From positions 952,297 through 1,016,296 of the forward strand of contig CM074819.1 of NCBI GenBank assembly GCA_037447605.1: a DNA stretch of 64,000 nt. The letters run 5' to 3'. The stretch comes from Zygnema circumcarinatum SAG 698-1b (lineage: Eukaryota; Plantae; Zygnematophyceae). This document shows, piece after piece, positions 22,905 through 34,362 of this stretch (the first letter of the stretch is position 1; each line of letters opens with the position of its first letter). The translations under genes were made by a program, and so were the position numbers. The notes under the pieces were generated by a model. The model searched no databases. It had not been told where the DNA came from and was given only the letters and a program-made list of their open reading frames with translations.

Positions 22905-24570
22905 TGGCTGGCAGCCATTGAAATCCAACAGACGCAGCCAATGGTTGGCTGGGTCGCCAGGTTGCCAACCATTCCTATGGACCATGCACTGGTCCGCCCT
23001 GCGCAGTACAGCGGCGGACAAAGAGGGACGGCCTTCAGCTGCGAGGGACATTCCTTTGCAGAACGAGCTCTCGCCCAGAAGCAGAGCGAGTTTGCAGATG
23101 CCTCTGTGCCGCCGAGGGCTACTAATACATTGATTTTGGCTGCTGGGGTGGTGCTCGAGATGTAAATTCCAAGCAAGAACAAGTTTTGGAGCATACAGGT
23201 AAAGACGGAAGCACAGAGTAACTGAAAATTGGACTATGGCGATTTGTAATTTATCAGCGGAAAGGCTTACATTTCTACTCCACTGTTGGACGAAGCAAAG
23301 ACAAGACTAGGGCTAAAACAAAAAAAAATCTAACTACGAACTCAGCAACAAGCTTTTCAAAGTTCGTCTCTCTCTCTAGTTGCTCTCCTCCTCGCCCTAC
23401 ACCTCCTACACATCTAGCAAATGCTATGTACATTGCAGATATGCTCTCAAGCCCAATCCGAAACTTCGGAAGCTGTCTAAATATCAACTAACCGTAAAAC
23501 CCAAAAAGGTTGGGAAATTGTTAAACGAGTCCTCCAGGTCCACGCCTTTTTTAACCGCTAAAGTCTCATTGTTGATCGGTGGACCCAAGGAAAACTCAAA
23601 TTGAACACTAACAATAATTACTTATTCAATGTTCAATTGGTTCTCCATGAAAATTGTAATGAGCAAAAGAATTAGGAATTCATTTTTCATTCTTCAGAAT
23701 GAACCGTGTTCAGAAATTAAGGTTTTTTTTTTTGAGAAACTGGTTTTGCAGTTTTTTTTTTTAAAGCCAAAATCTTTACTTTTTGGTTTTCTCAACCTGT
23801 TCGGTAATGCGGTACGCTGCACCCAGAGCCACCCAAACCATCGCCGTCACTCCCCTTCTATTGTGATAAGCTTTGCGCCCACAAACTGAATGCATGAATC
23901 CCTTAAGGTATACCGAAGCTCAAGGGCACGAGAGAGAGAGAGAGAGCGAGGGAGGGAGAGAGAGAGAGAGGGAGAGAGAGGGAGAGAGAGAGAGAGTGAG
24001 AACCAGCAACTAGACAAATCAGTTGAGATAGAAAGCGAGAGGGGGGAGGGAAGGAAAGATATGAGAAGGGGCCTCCGTCTATTCANNNNNNNNNNNNNNN
24101 NNNNNNNNNNNNNNNNNNNNNNNNNNNNNNNNNNNNNNNNNNNNNNNNNNNNNNNNNNNNNNNNNNNNNNNNNNNNNNNNNNNNNTCGCTGTCTCGTTCA
24201 GCAGCAGGCCGCGCGCTCCGTCAACGCCATTGCAGAGGCTGGAAAGAGCCAGCAGAGAGACGAGGGCTCCGAAGGCGTATGCTTTCCAGGCTGCCATGAT
24301 GAAGGAGAGAGGGAGAGAGGGGTGAGGGAGAGAGCGGGAGAGAGCGACAAGGAGAGAACGGGAAAGACCGAGAAGGAGAGCGGGAGAGAGCGAGGAGTGA
24401 GCGGGAGGGAGCGAGGAAGCGGTTGCATTCCGCGCCTGATCGGCTCCGTTTTGTGCTTGTCCGTAAGTGGTCTTTGTCGGTTTGCGGTGCAGTGACAGCC
24501 TCCCATTGGGGGAGGGCCGGACCAATCCTAGCGCGCGCGGTGGCACGCGTCCGTACGGCCCGGCCCGGCA
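22905..24570 (+). repeat. Segmental duplication, copy A (homologous to ~31355-33580)
   Basis: Collinear diverged match, e.g. GAACGAGCTCTCGCCCAGAAGCAGAGCGAGTTTGCAGATGCCTCTGTGCC at ~23062 and ~31514, and CAGCAACTAGACAAA at ~24004 and ~32725. Confidence 0.88.
24186..24297 (-). CDS. Small secreted protein, copy A, exon 1 only (remainder falls in the 100-N gap)
   Basis: MAAWKAYAFGALVSLLALSSLCNGVDGARGLLLNET, nearly identical to the copy starting at 33407. Confidence 0.65.
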
Positions 24571-24647
24571 TGAGGCCAATAATATGCGGTAAAACCGAAC
24601 AGGTTGAGAAACTGAGAATTGAGTTTACTGGAAAAATCTAAACTTGT

Positions 24648-26138
24648 ATTGAACAAATTATAAACATGGGCTGAACAAATGATGAACTTGTGTTGAACAG
24701 ATGATGGACTTGGATTGAACAAATGATGAACTTGGATCGAACAAATGGTGTTCTTGGATTGAACCAATGATGAACTTGGGTTGAACAAATGATGAACTTG
24801 GATTGAACAAATGATGAACCTGGATTGAACAAATGATGAACTTGGATTAAACAAATGATGAACTTGTGTTGAACAGATGATGGACTTGGATTGAACAAAT
24901 GATGGACTTGGATCGAACAAATGATGTTCTTGGATTGAACCAATGATGAACTTGGGTTGAACAAATGATGTACTTGGATTGAACAAATTATGAACTTGGG
25001 CTGAACAAATGATGAACTTGGATTGATCAAATGATGAACTTGGGTTGAACAAATGATGAACTTGTGTTGAACAAATGATGGACTTGGATTGAACAAATGA
25101 TGAACTTGGATCGAACAAATGGTGTTCTTGGATTGAACCAATGATGAACTTGGGTTGAACAGATGATGGACTTGGATTGAACAAATGATGAACTTGGGTT
25201 GAACAAATGATGAACTTGGATTGAACAAATGATGAACTTGGATTGAACAAATGTTGAACAGATGATGGACTTGGATTGAACAAATGATGGACTTGGATCG
25301 AACGAATGATGTTCTTGGATTGAACCAATGATGAACTTGGGTTGAACAAATGATGTACTTGGATTGAACAAATTATGAACTTGGGTTGAACAAATGATGA
25401 ACTTGGATTGAACAAATGATGCACTTGGGTTGAACAAATGATCAACTTGGATTGATCAAATGAACAAAACAAATGATGAACTTGGATTGAACAGATGATG
25501 AACTTGGATTGAACAAATGATGAACTTGGATTGAACAAATGATGAACTTGGGTTGAACAGATGATGAACTTGGGTTGAACAGATGATGAATTTGGGTTGA
25601 ACAAATGTTGAACTTGGGTTGAACAGATGATGAACTTGGATTGCACAAATGATGAACTTGGATTGCACAAATGATGAACTTGGGTTAAAGCGATGATGAA
25701 CTTGGATTGAACCAATGATGAACTTGGATTGAAAAGATGATGAACTTGGATTGAACAAATGATGAACTTGGATTGAACAGATGATGTACTTGGGTTGAAC
25801 AGTTGATGAACTTGGATTGAACAAATGATGAACTTGGGTTGAAAAAATGATGAACTTGGATTCAACAAATGATGAACTTGGATTGGACAGATGATGAACT
25901 TGGGTTGAACAGATGATGAATTTGGGTTGAACAAATGTTGAACTTGGGTTGAACAGATGATGAACTTGGATTGCACAAATGATGAACTTGGATTGCACAA
26001 ATGATGAACTTGGGTTAAAGCGATGATGAACTTGGATTGAACCAATGATGAACTTGGATTGAAAAGATGATGAACTTGGATTGAACAAATGATGAACTTG
26101 GATTAAACAAATGATGAACTTGTGTTGAACAGATGATG
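24648..26138. repeat. 22-bp satellite, left array (~68 monomers)
   Basis: Consensus TTGAACAAATGATGAACTTGG(A/G); variant monomers recur at a 330-bp (15-mer) spacing (TAAAGC at 25686 and 26016). Confidence 0.97.
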
Positions 26139-26415
26139 TGTTAGTGTAAAGTAGTTAGCGTCTTGTTGTACACTAAGTTGTTGGTACTAAGTTCTAAGGA
26201 GGGGTGTGCTCATGATGTCTACATTGTACGGCGAACCGTCTAAGTGACCGTACAAGTCTTTAAGGGGTGTGCAAATAGCGCGCAGAGTCTGATTTGGCAA
26301 GGCAAGGCATCAGAATGTCGGTGCGGCAAATCAGTGGTACGATTTGTAAGGCCAAGACCTCGAATGTACGGACATTGGTCGGTGGCGTGNNNNNNNNNNG
26401 AAGCAGCCCCTTCAC

Positions 26416-26976
26416 TTGGATCACAAGATTAGTCTATTCCTTGGAGGCTTGCCGGATAGATTTGACCCTGCTTGCACTGCTCTACGAACTCAACTTTCTA
26501 CGACTAAGATGACCTTTGAGCAGGCCAAGAGGAGAGTGGTAGAGGAGGATGGTCTTCAAGACAAGAAGCAGTACAGGTCAAGTTCAGAGAAGCTGTATGC
26601 TGCAACAGTGCGCCCATACAGGAACGGCAAGGGACCAAACGCAGCCAAGGATGGTGGAGAGCTGAAGACTCAGAGGACTTGCTACTCTTGTGGGAAGACC
26701 GGTCACTTTAAGAGGAACTGCCCCAACATTCAGAATGGCGGTTCATCCTCGAATGCAGATGCTCCAAAAGAGCAAGAAGGGAGGAGGGGTGATGGCAGGT
26801 ATCCCAGAGATGAACGCAAGAGGATTCACGAGACGAACTTGATGTTCTTGGATTGGGGACCTGATGATGAGTTTGTCGGATGTGTAAGAGTTGAAAATTC
26901 AGCTAAACCTTGGGTGATTGATTCCGGTGCTTCAAGGCACATGTGCGTGGACGACTCACTCTTTGCAGAAAAGGAG
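26416..26976 (+). CDS. Copia Gag C-terminus and aspartic protease fragment
   Basis: LFLGGLPDRFD...TFEQAKRRVVEE, CCHC knuckle, DSGASRHM; gaps on both sides. Confidence 0.85.
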
Positions 26977-27119
26977 NNNNNNNNNNNNNNNNNNNNNNNN
27001 NNNNNNNNNNNNNNNNNNNNNNNNNNNNNNNNNNNNNNNNNNNNNNNNNNNNNNNNNNNNNNNNNNNNNNNNNNNNNNNNNNNNNNNNNNNNNNNNNNNN
27101 NNNNNNNNNNNNNNNNNNN

Positions 27120-27346
27120 TCACATCTTCGATTCGCTCCGCGTCCGCGCCACGTCACTTTTCGATTCGTTGCGTCGCGCCTTGTCACTTCTGACTCCGCC
27201 GCGCCGCGCCTCTCCACCGACCAAAGTCCGTACCGCCGCCCGTCGGTCTAGGCGCACATCGCCGCCAAGGGCCACACACAACACACGCACACAAAACTAA
27301 TGTCCCAACAACAACTTGTCTAGTGACTAACTACTATACACTAACA
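27120..27346 (-). mobile_element. 5' portion of a second, related Copia-type LTR in opposite orientation
   Basis: Reverse complement starts TGTTAGTGTATAGTAGTTAG (versus TGTTAGTGTAAAGTAGTTAG at 26139) and shares GTACGGAC(A/T)TTGGTCGGTGG with 26367-26386. Confidence 0.55.
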
Positions 27347-27457
27347 TGTGTTGTACGGCCTAGTACTTACATCCGCGGTTGCCTTTTAATGGTAAAGCAC
27401 TTAGGTGGGTACCAGGAGGTCCTGTGTTCGAACCCTGCCAGGGGCGGGTTTGTTACA
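27347..27457 (+). mobile_element. Truncated solo or 3' LTR of the tRNA-box TRIM family
   Basis: Homologous to the LTRs at 37413-37539 and 37726-37855; ends TGTTACA; A-box-like TTTTAATGGTAAAG (27384-27397) and perfect B-box GTTCGAACCC (27426-27435). Confidence 0.82.
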
Positions 27458-27734
27458 GAGATAGTGGGAAGGGTTCAGCTTGTAGTGGGTGGTTTATTCA
27501 CGTAGCTTGAGAGAGGTGCTTGAAGCTTGGCTCTAGTGTTGTCAAGTTGTATTTCATCTTTATCTTAAGGAGTTTTAGGTTGGTGGCTTTCTCCTTACAT
27601 TTTCATATTTCGGCTGAGTTGTTCTCTTGCATTGAGTGTGTTTTGTGTGATTGAGCAATTCATTGAAAATGTCGAGTTCTACAAGTGCTAGAGGAGAAGT
27701 GGCAGCCCCACCAAGGGAGGGCGCTGCAACAACA

Positions 27735-29490
27735 TGATGGACTTGGATTGAACAAATGATGGACTTGGATCGAACAAATGATGTTCTTGGATTGAACCAA
27801 TGATGAACTTGGGTTGAACAAATGATGTACTTGGATTGAACAAATTATGAACTTGGGCTGAACAAATGATGAACTTGGATTGAACAAATGATGCACTTGG
27901 GTTGAAGAGATGATCAACTTGGATTGATCAAATGATGAACTTGGATTGAACAAATGATGAACTTGGATTGAACAAATGATGAACTTGGGTTGAACAAATG
28001 ATGAACTTGGATTGAACAAATGATGAACTTGGGTTGAACAAATGATGTACTTGGATTGAACAAATTATGAACTTGGGCTGAACAAATGATGAACTTGGAT
28101 TGAACAAATGATGCACTTGGGTTGAAGAGATGATCAACTTGGATTGATCAAATGATGAACTTGGGTTGAACAAATGATGAACTTGGATTGAACAGATGAT
28201 GTACTTGGGTTGAAAAGTTGATGAACTTGGATTGAACAAATGATGAACTTGGGTTGAAAAAATGATGAACTTGGATTCAACAAATGATGAACTTGGATTG
28301 GACAGATGATGAACTTGGGTTAAAGCGATGATGAACTTGGATTGAACCAATGATGTACTTGGGTTGAACAAATGATGAATTTGGGTTGAACAAATGTTGA
28401 ACTTGGGTTGAACAGATGATGAACTTGGATTGCACAAACGATGAACTTGGATTGCACAAATGATGAACTTGGGTTAAAGCGATGATGAACTTGGATTGAA
28501 CAGATGATGTACTTGGGTTGAACAGATGATGAATTTGGGTTGAACAAATGTTGAACTTGGGTTGAACAGATGATGAACTTGGATTGCACAAATGATGAAC
28601 TTGGATTGCACAAATGATGAACTTGGGTTAAAGCGATGATGAACTTGGATTGAACCAATGATGAACTTGGATTGAAAAGATGATGAACTTGGATTGAACA
28701 AATGATGAACTTGGATTGAACAAATGATGAACTTTGGTTGAACAAATGATGAACTTGGATTGAACAGATGATGTACTTGGGTTGAACAGATGATGAACTT
28801 GGATTGAACAAATGATGATCTTGGGATGAACAAATGGTGAACTTATTGAACAGATGATGAACTTGGGTTGAAAAGATGATGAACTTGGATTGCTCAAATG
28901 ATGAACTTGGGTTAAAGAGATGATGAACTTGGATTGACAAGATGATGAGCTTGGGTTGAACAAATGATGAACTTGGATTGAACAGATGATGAACTTGGGT
29001 TGAACAAATGATGAACTTGGGTTGAACAAATGATAAACTTGGATTGAACGAATGATGGTTTTTGGGTTAAACAGATGATGAACTTGGGTTGAACAAAGGA
29101 TGAACTTGGGTTGAACAAATGATGAACTTGGATTGATAAAAAATGATGAACTTGGGTTGAAGGGATGATTAACTTGGGTTGAACAGATGATGAACTTGGG
29201 TTGAACGGATGATTAACTTGGATTGAACAAATTATGAATTTGGGTTGAACAGATGATGAACTTGGATTGAACGAGTGTTAAAGTTGGATTAAACAAATGA
29301 TGAAGTTGGATTGAACAGATGATAAACTTGGATTGAACAGATGATGAAGTTGGATTGAACAGATGATGAACTTTGATTGAACAGATGATGAACTGGGATT
29401 GAATAGATGATGAACTTTGGGTGAACAGATGTTGAAATTGGATTGAACAGATGATGAGCTGGGATTGATTAGATGACGAACTTGGATTGA
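27735..29490. repeat. 22-bp satellite, right array (~79 monomers)
   Basis: Same monomer; TAAAGC variant at 28321, 28475 and 28629 (154-bp, 7-mer period); a 220-bp (10-mer) duplication at ~27826 and ~28046. Confidence 0.97.
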
Positions 29491-29875
29491 CTCACGATGC
29501 TCATGCAAGCCCCACCATCTGCATGTTGTCATCGCCTTTTGGGTCCTCGTACTTCTGATCGCCCGGAGGGCCCGCTTGCACGCACGCAAGCTTCGCGCCC
29601 TATTTCGGCGGGGGCGGTTTGGGACTCATCCCGACGGCTCGTGTGGCGCCTACTGTGTTTTGGGGTTGTTGGGCCCTTGTAGCTCGCAGTTTGGCTTCGC
29701 GTTTTCTTGTGGCTGATAGTTTGTTGCTTCAGTCTGTTGTTGCTCGTGTTCATGATGGTGCTCGCCCGATCCAGGTTGCATTGCGTGATGCCCCTAGTTT
29801 GCTTCCTACTAGTGCCCAAGCTCGTGGCCCCCGTTTGCTTCCATTGCGTCTGTCCCGCGTGTCCGGCTCACTTTG
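29490..29875 (+). pseudogene. Degenerate non-LTR retrotransposon fragment (post-RT region)
   Basis: Frameshifted QASRPISAG-GLGLIPTARVAPTVFWGCWA resembles the LPxxxGGLGL...APxAxxxSW motif that follows RT in some non-LTR clades. Confidence 0.4.
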
Positions 29876-30260
29876 TGTAGCGAGAGGCCCTTGCCTCCTG
29901 TTCTAACTCTCTCACTCTCAATCTGGTGTGATGCCGGTTTCCAGCGAGCTCGGGGAGCTCGTCCATGCCCTTCGGCTCCCCCCTTCGAACCCTTGACCAG
30001 CTTTAGGGACCGGGAGCAGGGCCAGCCACTGGTGAAGCGCCACGTGGCATGGGAATCTCCTCTGACTCGCGACAGAGGTTGCTGCACGTTCGCTAGTTCT
30101 GGCAGACGCGCGCCGTACAGATGGCACGGTAATGCCGTACGGCTGAGTACATTGTGCGCGCACCATGGTGGGTGGTGTAGCAACCGCTACGCGTTGACTT
30201 ACTAGGTTATTGTTGCTGAGATTTCTAACCTTATTGCGGCTCTTGTAGCGAAACGCTACA
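29876..30260. mobile_element. Possible solo LTR (TGTAGCG...CGCTACA)
   Basis: 7-bp perfect terminal inverted repeat with the same termini style as the TRIM and Gypsy LTRs; no TSD found. Confidence 0.3.
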
Positions 30261-30623
30261 GCCACCAGGGGCACTATGCGCACCACGGAGAGCTCCGTAT
30301 GATTCGTCCGTACTGACTGTCAGTTCGGTGCGAGATCGGACTGTCGTACTGTATGTCGGACCGACATGTTAGGACCGCGCGCGTACGGACGCGTGCCGCC
30401 TTTGGCGGCCGCCGCGCGCGCGGGTCGGTCGCGTGTCGCATATGTGCGTCGTATGCACGCGTCGCATGTGCGACGATACCAGTGTCGCATGCGCGAGTCG
30501 CGCGCGCGCGTCACGGCTAGTTGGCCCGCCAAATGCGGCGGGCCCGCTAGATATCTCTAGCGCTGACATTGATCAGCAGACCGGCCACGTGGCGAACCGA
30601 CCAGAGGGAGCAAGACCGCAGGG

Positions 30624-31056
30624 TAGGGTTGGGGGCACGGGGGCACGGGCATGCCCGGGGGGGGGGGCATGCCCCCCATTTTTGAACGTCCGTGCCCGGG
30701 GCACGCCTCCAAAAATTTTCCCCATATATTTCGTGCCCCCCCGTGGCCCCTGTCACGTGACGCTTACCTCGTACGACCGGGCCCGGGCCGGTGACGATTG
30801 TTGTGTTGAGTACTGTTCGTACTTTTCATATTTTCCGTACATTTGTACCTTGATCCGTACGTTTAGTACATTCATCTGTACTTTTCGTACCTTCATCCGT
30901 ACCGATTTTAAAATATTATATTCTTTTTGGGGCCGATTTGAATTGCTCAATGCAGTCACGTCACGGGGCACGAAAAAGGGGCATGCCCCCCCCCCCTTGG
31001 CGGGGGGGCACGTGCCCCTGGGCACGGGGTGGAGGGGGACCGTGCCCCCAACCCTA
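30624..31056 (-). mobile_element. hAT MITE family B, copy 2 (433 bp, inverted)
   Basis: Same TIRs; 8-bp TSD CCGCAGGG (30616-30623 and 31057-31064). Confidence 0.93.
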
Positions 31057-32348
31057 CCGCAGGGTAACTATAGCTTGAGGGAATTTTGCTGGTTGGCGGA
31101 GCACGATAGCGCGCGTGCAATTGGTCGTCGTTTGACCCCGGGCCAGTTTCAGCCTGCAGTGCGACTTAGTCTCGGGCTCATTGAAGGGTTTTCCTCGCTG
31201 TGTTTGAGGTGATTCGATCAATGTGCAGGGCGTCCACCTTTTTCGATGCGCGCATTTTGGCGAGCGAATTTTGGCTCATAATGTTGTGCGCGATGCGATT
31301 GCTGCGGTGGCACAAGGAAGAGGCCGGCTTTCTTGTGCGACCCGAGCTGAGCTGGCTGGCAGCCATTGGATCCAACGGTCCCAGCCAATGGTTGGTTGGG
31401 TCGACAGCCAATGGTTGCCAGCCATTCTTATGGACCATGCAATGGTCCGCCCTGTGCAGTACAGCAGCGAACAGGGAGGGACGGCCTTTAGCCGCGAGGG
31501 AGGGTTCTTTGTAGAACGAGCTCTCGCCCAGAAGCAGAGCGAGTTTGCAGATGCCTCTGTGCCCCCGAGGCTACTGGTACATGGTTTTGGCTGCTCGTGG
31601 GCGTTTTTAGGGGTGGTGCTCGATATGTAAATTCCAAGCAAGAACAAGTTTTGGGGCATACAGGCAAGGACGGAAGCAAACAGTAACTGAAAATTGGACT
31701 ATGGCGCTTTGTAATTTATCAGCGAGAAAGGCTTCCATTTCTACTCCACCTTTCAAAGTTCGTTGCTCTCTCTAGTTGCTACCACTCTGCTCCTCGCCCT
31801 ACACCTCCTACGCATCTAGCAAAAGCTATGTACATTGCAGATATGCTCTCAAGCCCAATCCGAAACATCGGAAGCTGTCTAGACCTCTACTACCCGTAAA
31901 ACCCGAAAGGTTGAGACGAGTCCTCCAGGTCGCTAAAATCTCACTGTTGATCGGTGGACCCAAGGAAAACTCAACTTGAACACTAAAGATAATTAATTGT
32001 TCAATGCTCAATTGGTTCTCCATGAAAACTGTATTGAGAAAAAAATAAGGAATTCGTTCCTCATTTCTCAAATGAATCGTGTTCACAAATATAGGTCTTT
32101 TTTTTTTTGAGAAACTGGTTTAGAATTTTTTTTTTTTTGAGAAGCAAAAATCTTTACCTTTTGGTTTTCTCAAGCTGTTCGGTTTTGCGGTACGCTGCGC
32201 CCACAGGCACCCAAAGTATCGCCGTCAGTCCTCCACTTCTATTGCGAAGAGCTTTGCGCCCACAAACTGAATGCATGAATCCCTTGAGCTTCAACGAAGC
32301 GCACATTAAGACAATACTTGCATTTGGAAAACCAGGGGAATGCGTGAG

Positions 32349-32717
<369 letters not shown>

Positions 32718-32791
32718 GTAGTTTCAGCAACTAGACAAAGCAGTTGAGATAGAGAGCGAGAGGGGGGAGGGAAGGTTGGGAGGGGGTCGGT

Positions 32792-33407
32792 CTAACCTTC
32801 GGGACATGTCTTCAGAAAGAGGAATCTATTCCCCGCTGTGAGAGAGCTCTGGTCGAAGCTGACGATGCAGTTGCAGGAGTAGCTCCCCACGGCGACGGGG
32901 GCGATGTAGAACCCGATCTTGACGGGCCAGCAGGTGGGCTCGCACAAAAAGTTGTCCACGGTCCCCACCATGGTCACTTTCGCCTCCGCCTCGAAGCCCA
33001 CCATGTGGAAGTGGAAGTAGTTCGGCGGCCGGCTGCTGTTGTACGCCAAAGCGCATCCCTCTGCAAGGGAGCCGCCGCTGCCCTCTATCTGTCAGGGGCG
33101 GAGCACCGCGAAAGGACTTGGAAACTGAAACTAGGTGACTTTCAAGAGGGGACGAAGGAAGGGGATGCATGGAGGGAGGGAGGGAGGGGAGGGAGGGAGG
33201 GAGGGAGGGAGGGAGGGGAGGGAGGGAGGGGAGGGGAGGGAGGGAGCACGCACCCAGGAGGGAGGCGTCCATTTGGGGCTTTTCGAGCATCGCCGTCTCT
33301 GTGTCGTTCAGCAGCAGGCCGCGCGCTCCGTCAACGCCATTGCAGAGGCTGGAAAGAGCCAGCAGAGAGACGAGGGCTCCAAAGGCGTATGCTTTCCACG
33401 CTGCCAT
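32792..33407 (-). CDS. Small secreted Cys-containing protein of unknown family, 140 aa, two exons (33254-33407 and 32792-33060)
   Basis: Signal peptide MAAWKAYAFGALVSLLALSSLCNGVDG; GT-AG phase-1 intron with a pyrimidine tract; exon 2 EGCALAYNSSRPPNYFHFHMVGFEAEAK...LCEPTCWPVKIGFYIAPVAVGSYSCNCIVSF...KTCPEG*; spliced length 423 nt. Confidence 0.75.
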
Positions 33408-33964
33408 GATGAAGGAGCGAGGGAGAGAGGGAGAGAGAGAGCGAGAGGGAGATAGCGGGAGTGAGCGAGGAGGCAGTGGCGTCCCACAGCGGAGCGGCTG
33501 TCGGTTGCGGGCCACGGCGAGCCTCCCATTGGTCGGGCCCGCAGACCAATCCGGGCATGCGGTGGGACGCGTCCGTACGTCCCTGGGTCCATCCGGCGGC
33601 TTTTAGGGAGGGTGGAGGGAGGGCGGCCGACCGTACCGCGTACGGCCCACGGATCCTTCGTACGCCCTGATGGGGGTCCATGGAGCCACCACGCTGGCTT
33701 CGAACATTTCCCGTGCCGCCGCGTGGCGTCTTAAGATTGGCCGCGATGCCACGCGGGATATGGCTGCCACGCTGACGCGCAGCCGTCAACGCGTGGTGAC
33801 CGTCGGTCGTGATGATGGCTGTACGGTCACCCTCCGGGCGACGACGCACGCACGGACGGTAACCGCGGTGGGCAACGGGGGACGGTTCAAACCGTCCACT
33901 TGACGTCCACTGGTTGGACCACGCGAGTTGCTCATAGAACGCCATCCTTTGTTTTTTTTTGTCA

Positions 33965-34362
33965 CCCATCCGACGGCTCTCCGTCCTCCGTCCCATCCGA
34001 CGGTTTTCCGTCTTCTCGCCCATCCGACGGTTCTCTGTCCTCTCTTCCATCTGACGGCTCGCCGTCTTCTCTCCCATCTGACGGGTCTCCGTCCTCTCGC
34101 CCATCCGACGGCTCTCTGTCCTCTATTCCATCCGACGGCTCTCCGTCCTCGTGTCTATCCGACGGCTCTCCGTCCTCTTGCCCATCCGACGGCTCTCCGT
34201 CCTCTCTCCCATCCAACGGCTTTCCGTCTTCTCGCCCATCCGACGGCCCTCCGTTCTCTTTTTCATCCGACAGCTCTCCGGCTACTCGCATATCCGACGG
34301 CATTCCGTCCTCTTGTCCATCCGACAGCTCTTCGTTTTCCCGTCCATCCGACGGCTCTCCGT
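33965..34362. repeat. 27-bp minisatellite, left part (~15 units)
   Basis: Unit CCATCCGACGGCTCTCCGTCCTCTCGC-like; continues at 42115 after the MITE. Confidence 0.93.

Larger units (their letters stand above)
26139..27734 (+). mobile_element. Ty1/Copia LTR retrotransposon inserted in the satellite, collapsed by gaps
   Basis: Starts TGTTAG, ends CAACA, flanked by TGATG on both sides in satellite register; gag zinc knuckle CYSCGKTGHFKRNC and protease motif WVIDSGASRHMC in ORF 26416-26976. Confidence 0.75.

Noticed and set aside
26139-27346. DNA transposon defined by a ~20-bp terminal inverted repeat
   Set aside because: No TSD at these ends, and further shared internal motifs indicate two related Copia LTR 5' ends in opposite orientation.
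24528-29118. Long minus-strand ORFs (up to 505 aa, VQSKFIICSIQVHHLFNPSSSF repeats)
   Set aside because: By-product of a 22-bp satellite whose reverse strand has no stop codon in any frame; all three frames give the same peptide.
24648-29490. CRISPR-like array
   Set aside because: Monomers are head-to-tail with no unique spacers, there are no cas genes, and the context is eukaryotic.
33965-34362. CRISPR array or Ser/Asp-repeat protein (SDGSPSS / DGREDGEPS ORFs)
   Set aside because: A 27-bp minisatellite is open in frame by construction; there are no spacers or splice context, and it is interrupted by a MITE.
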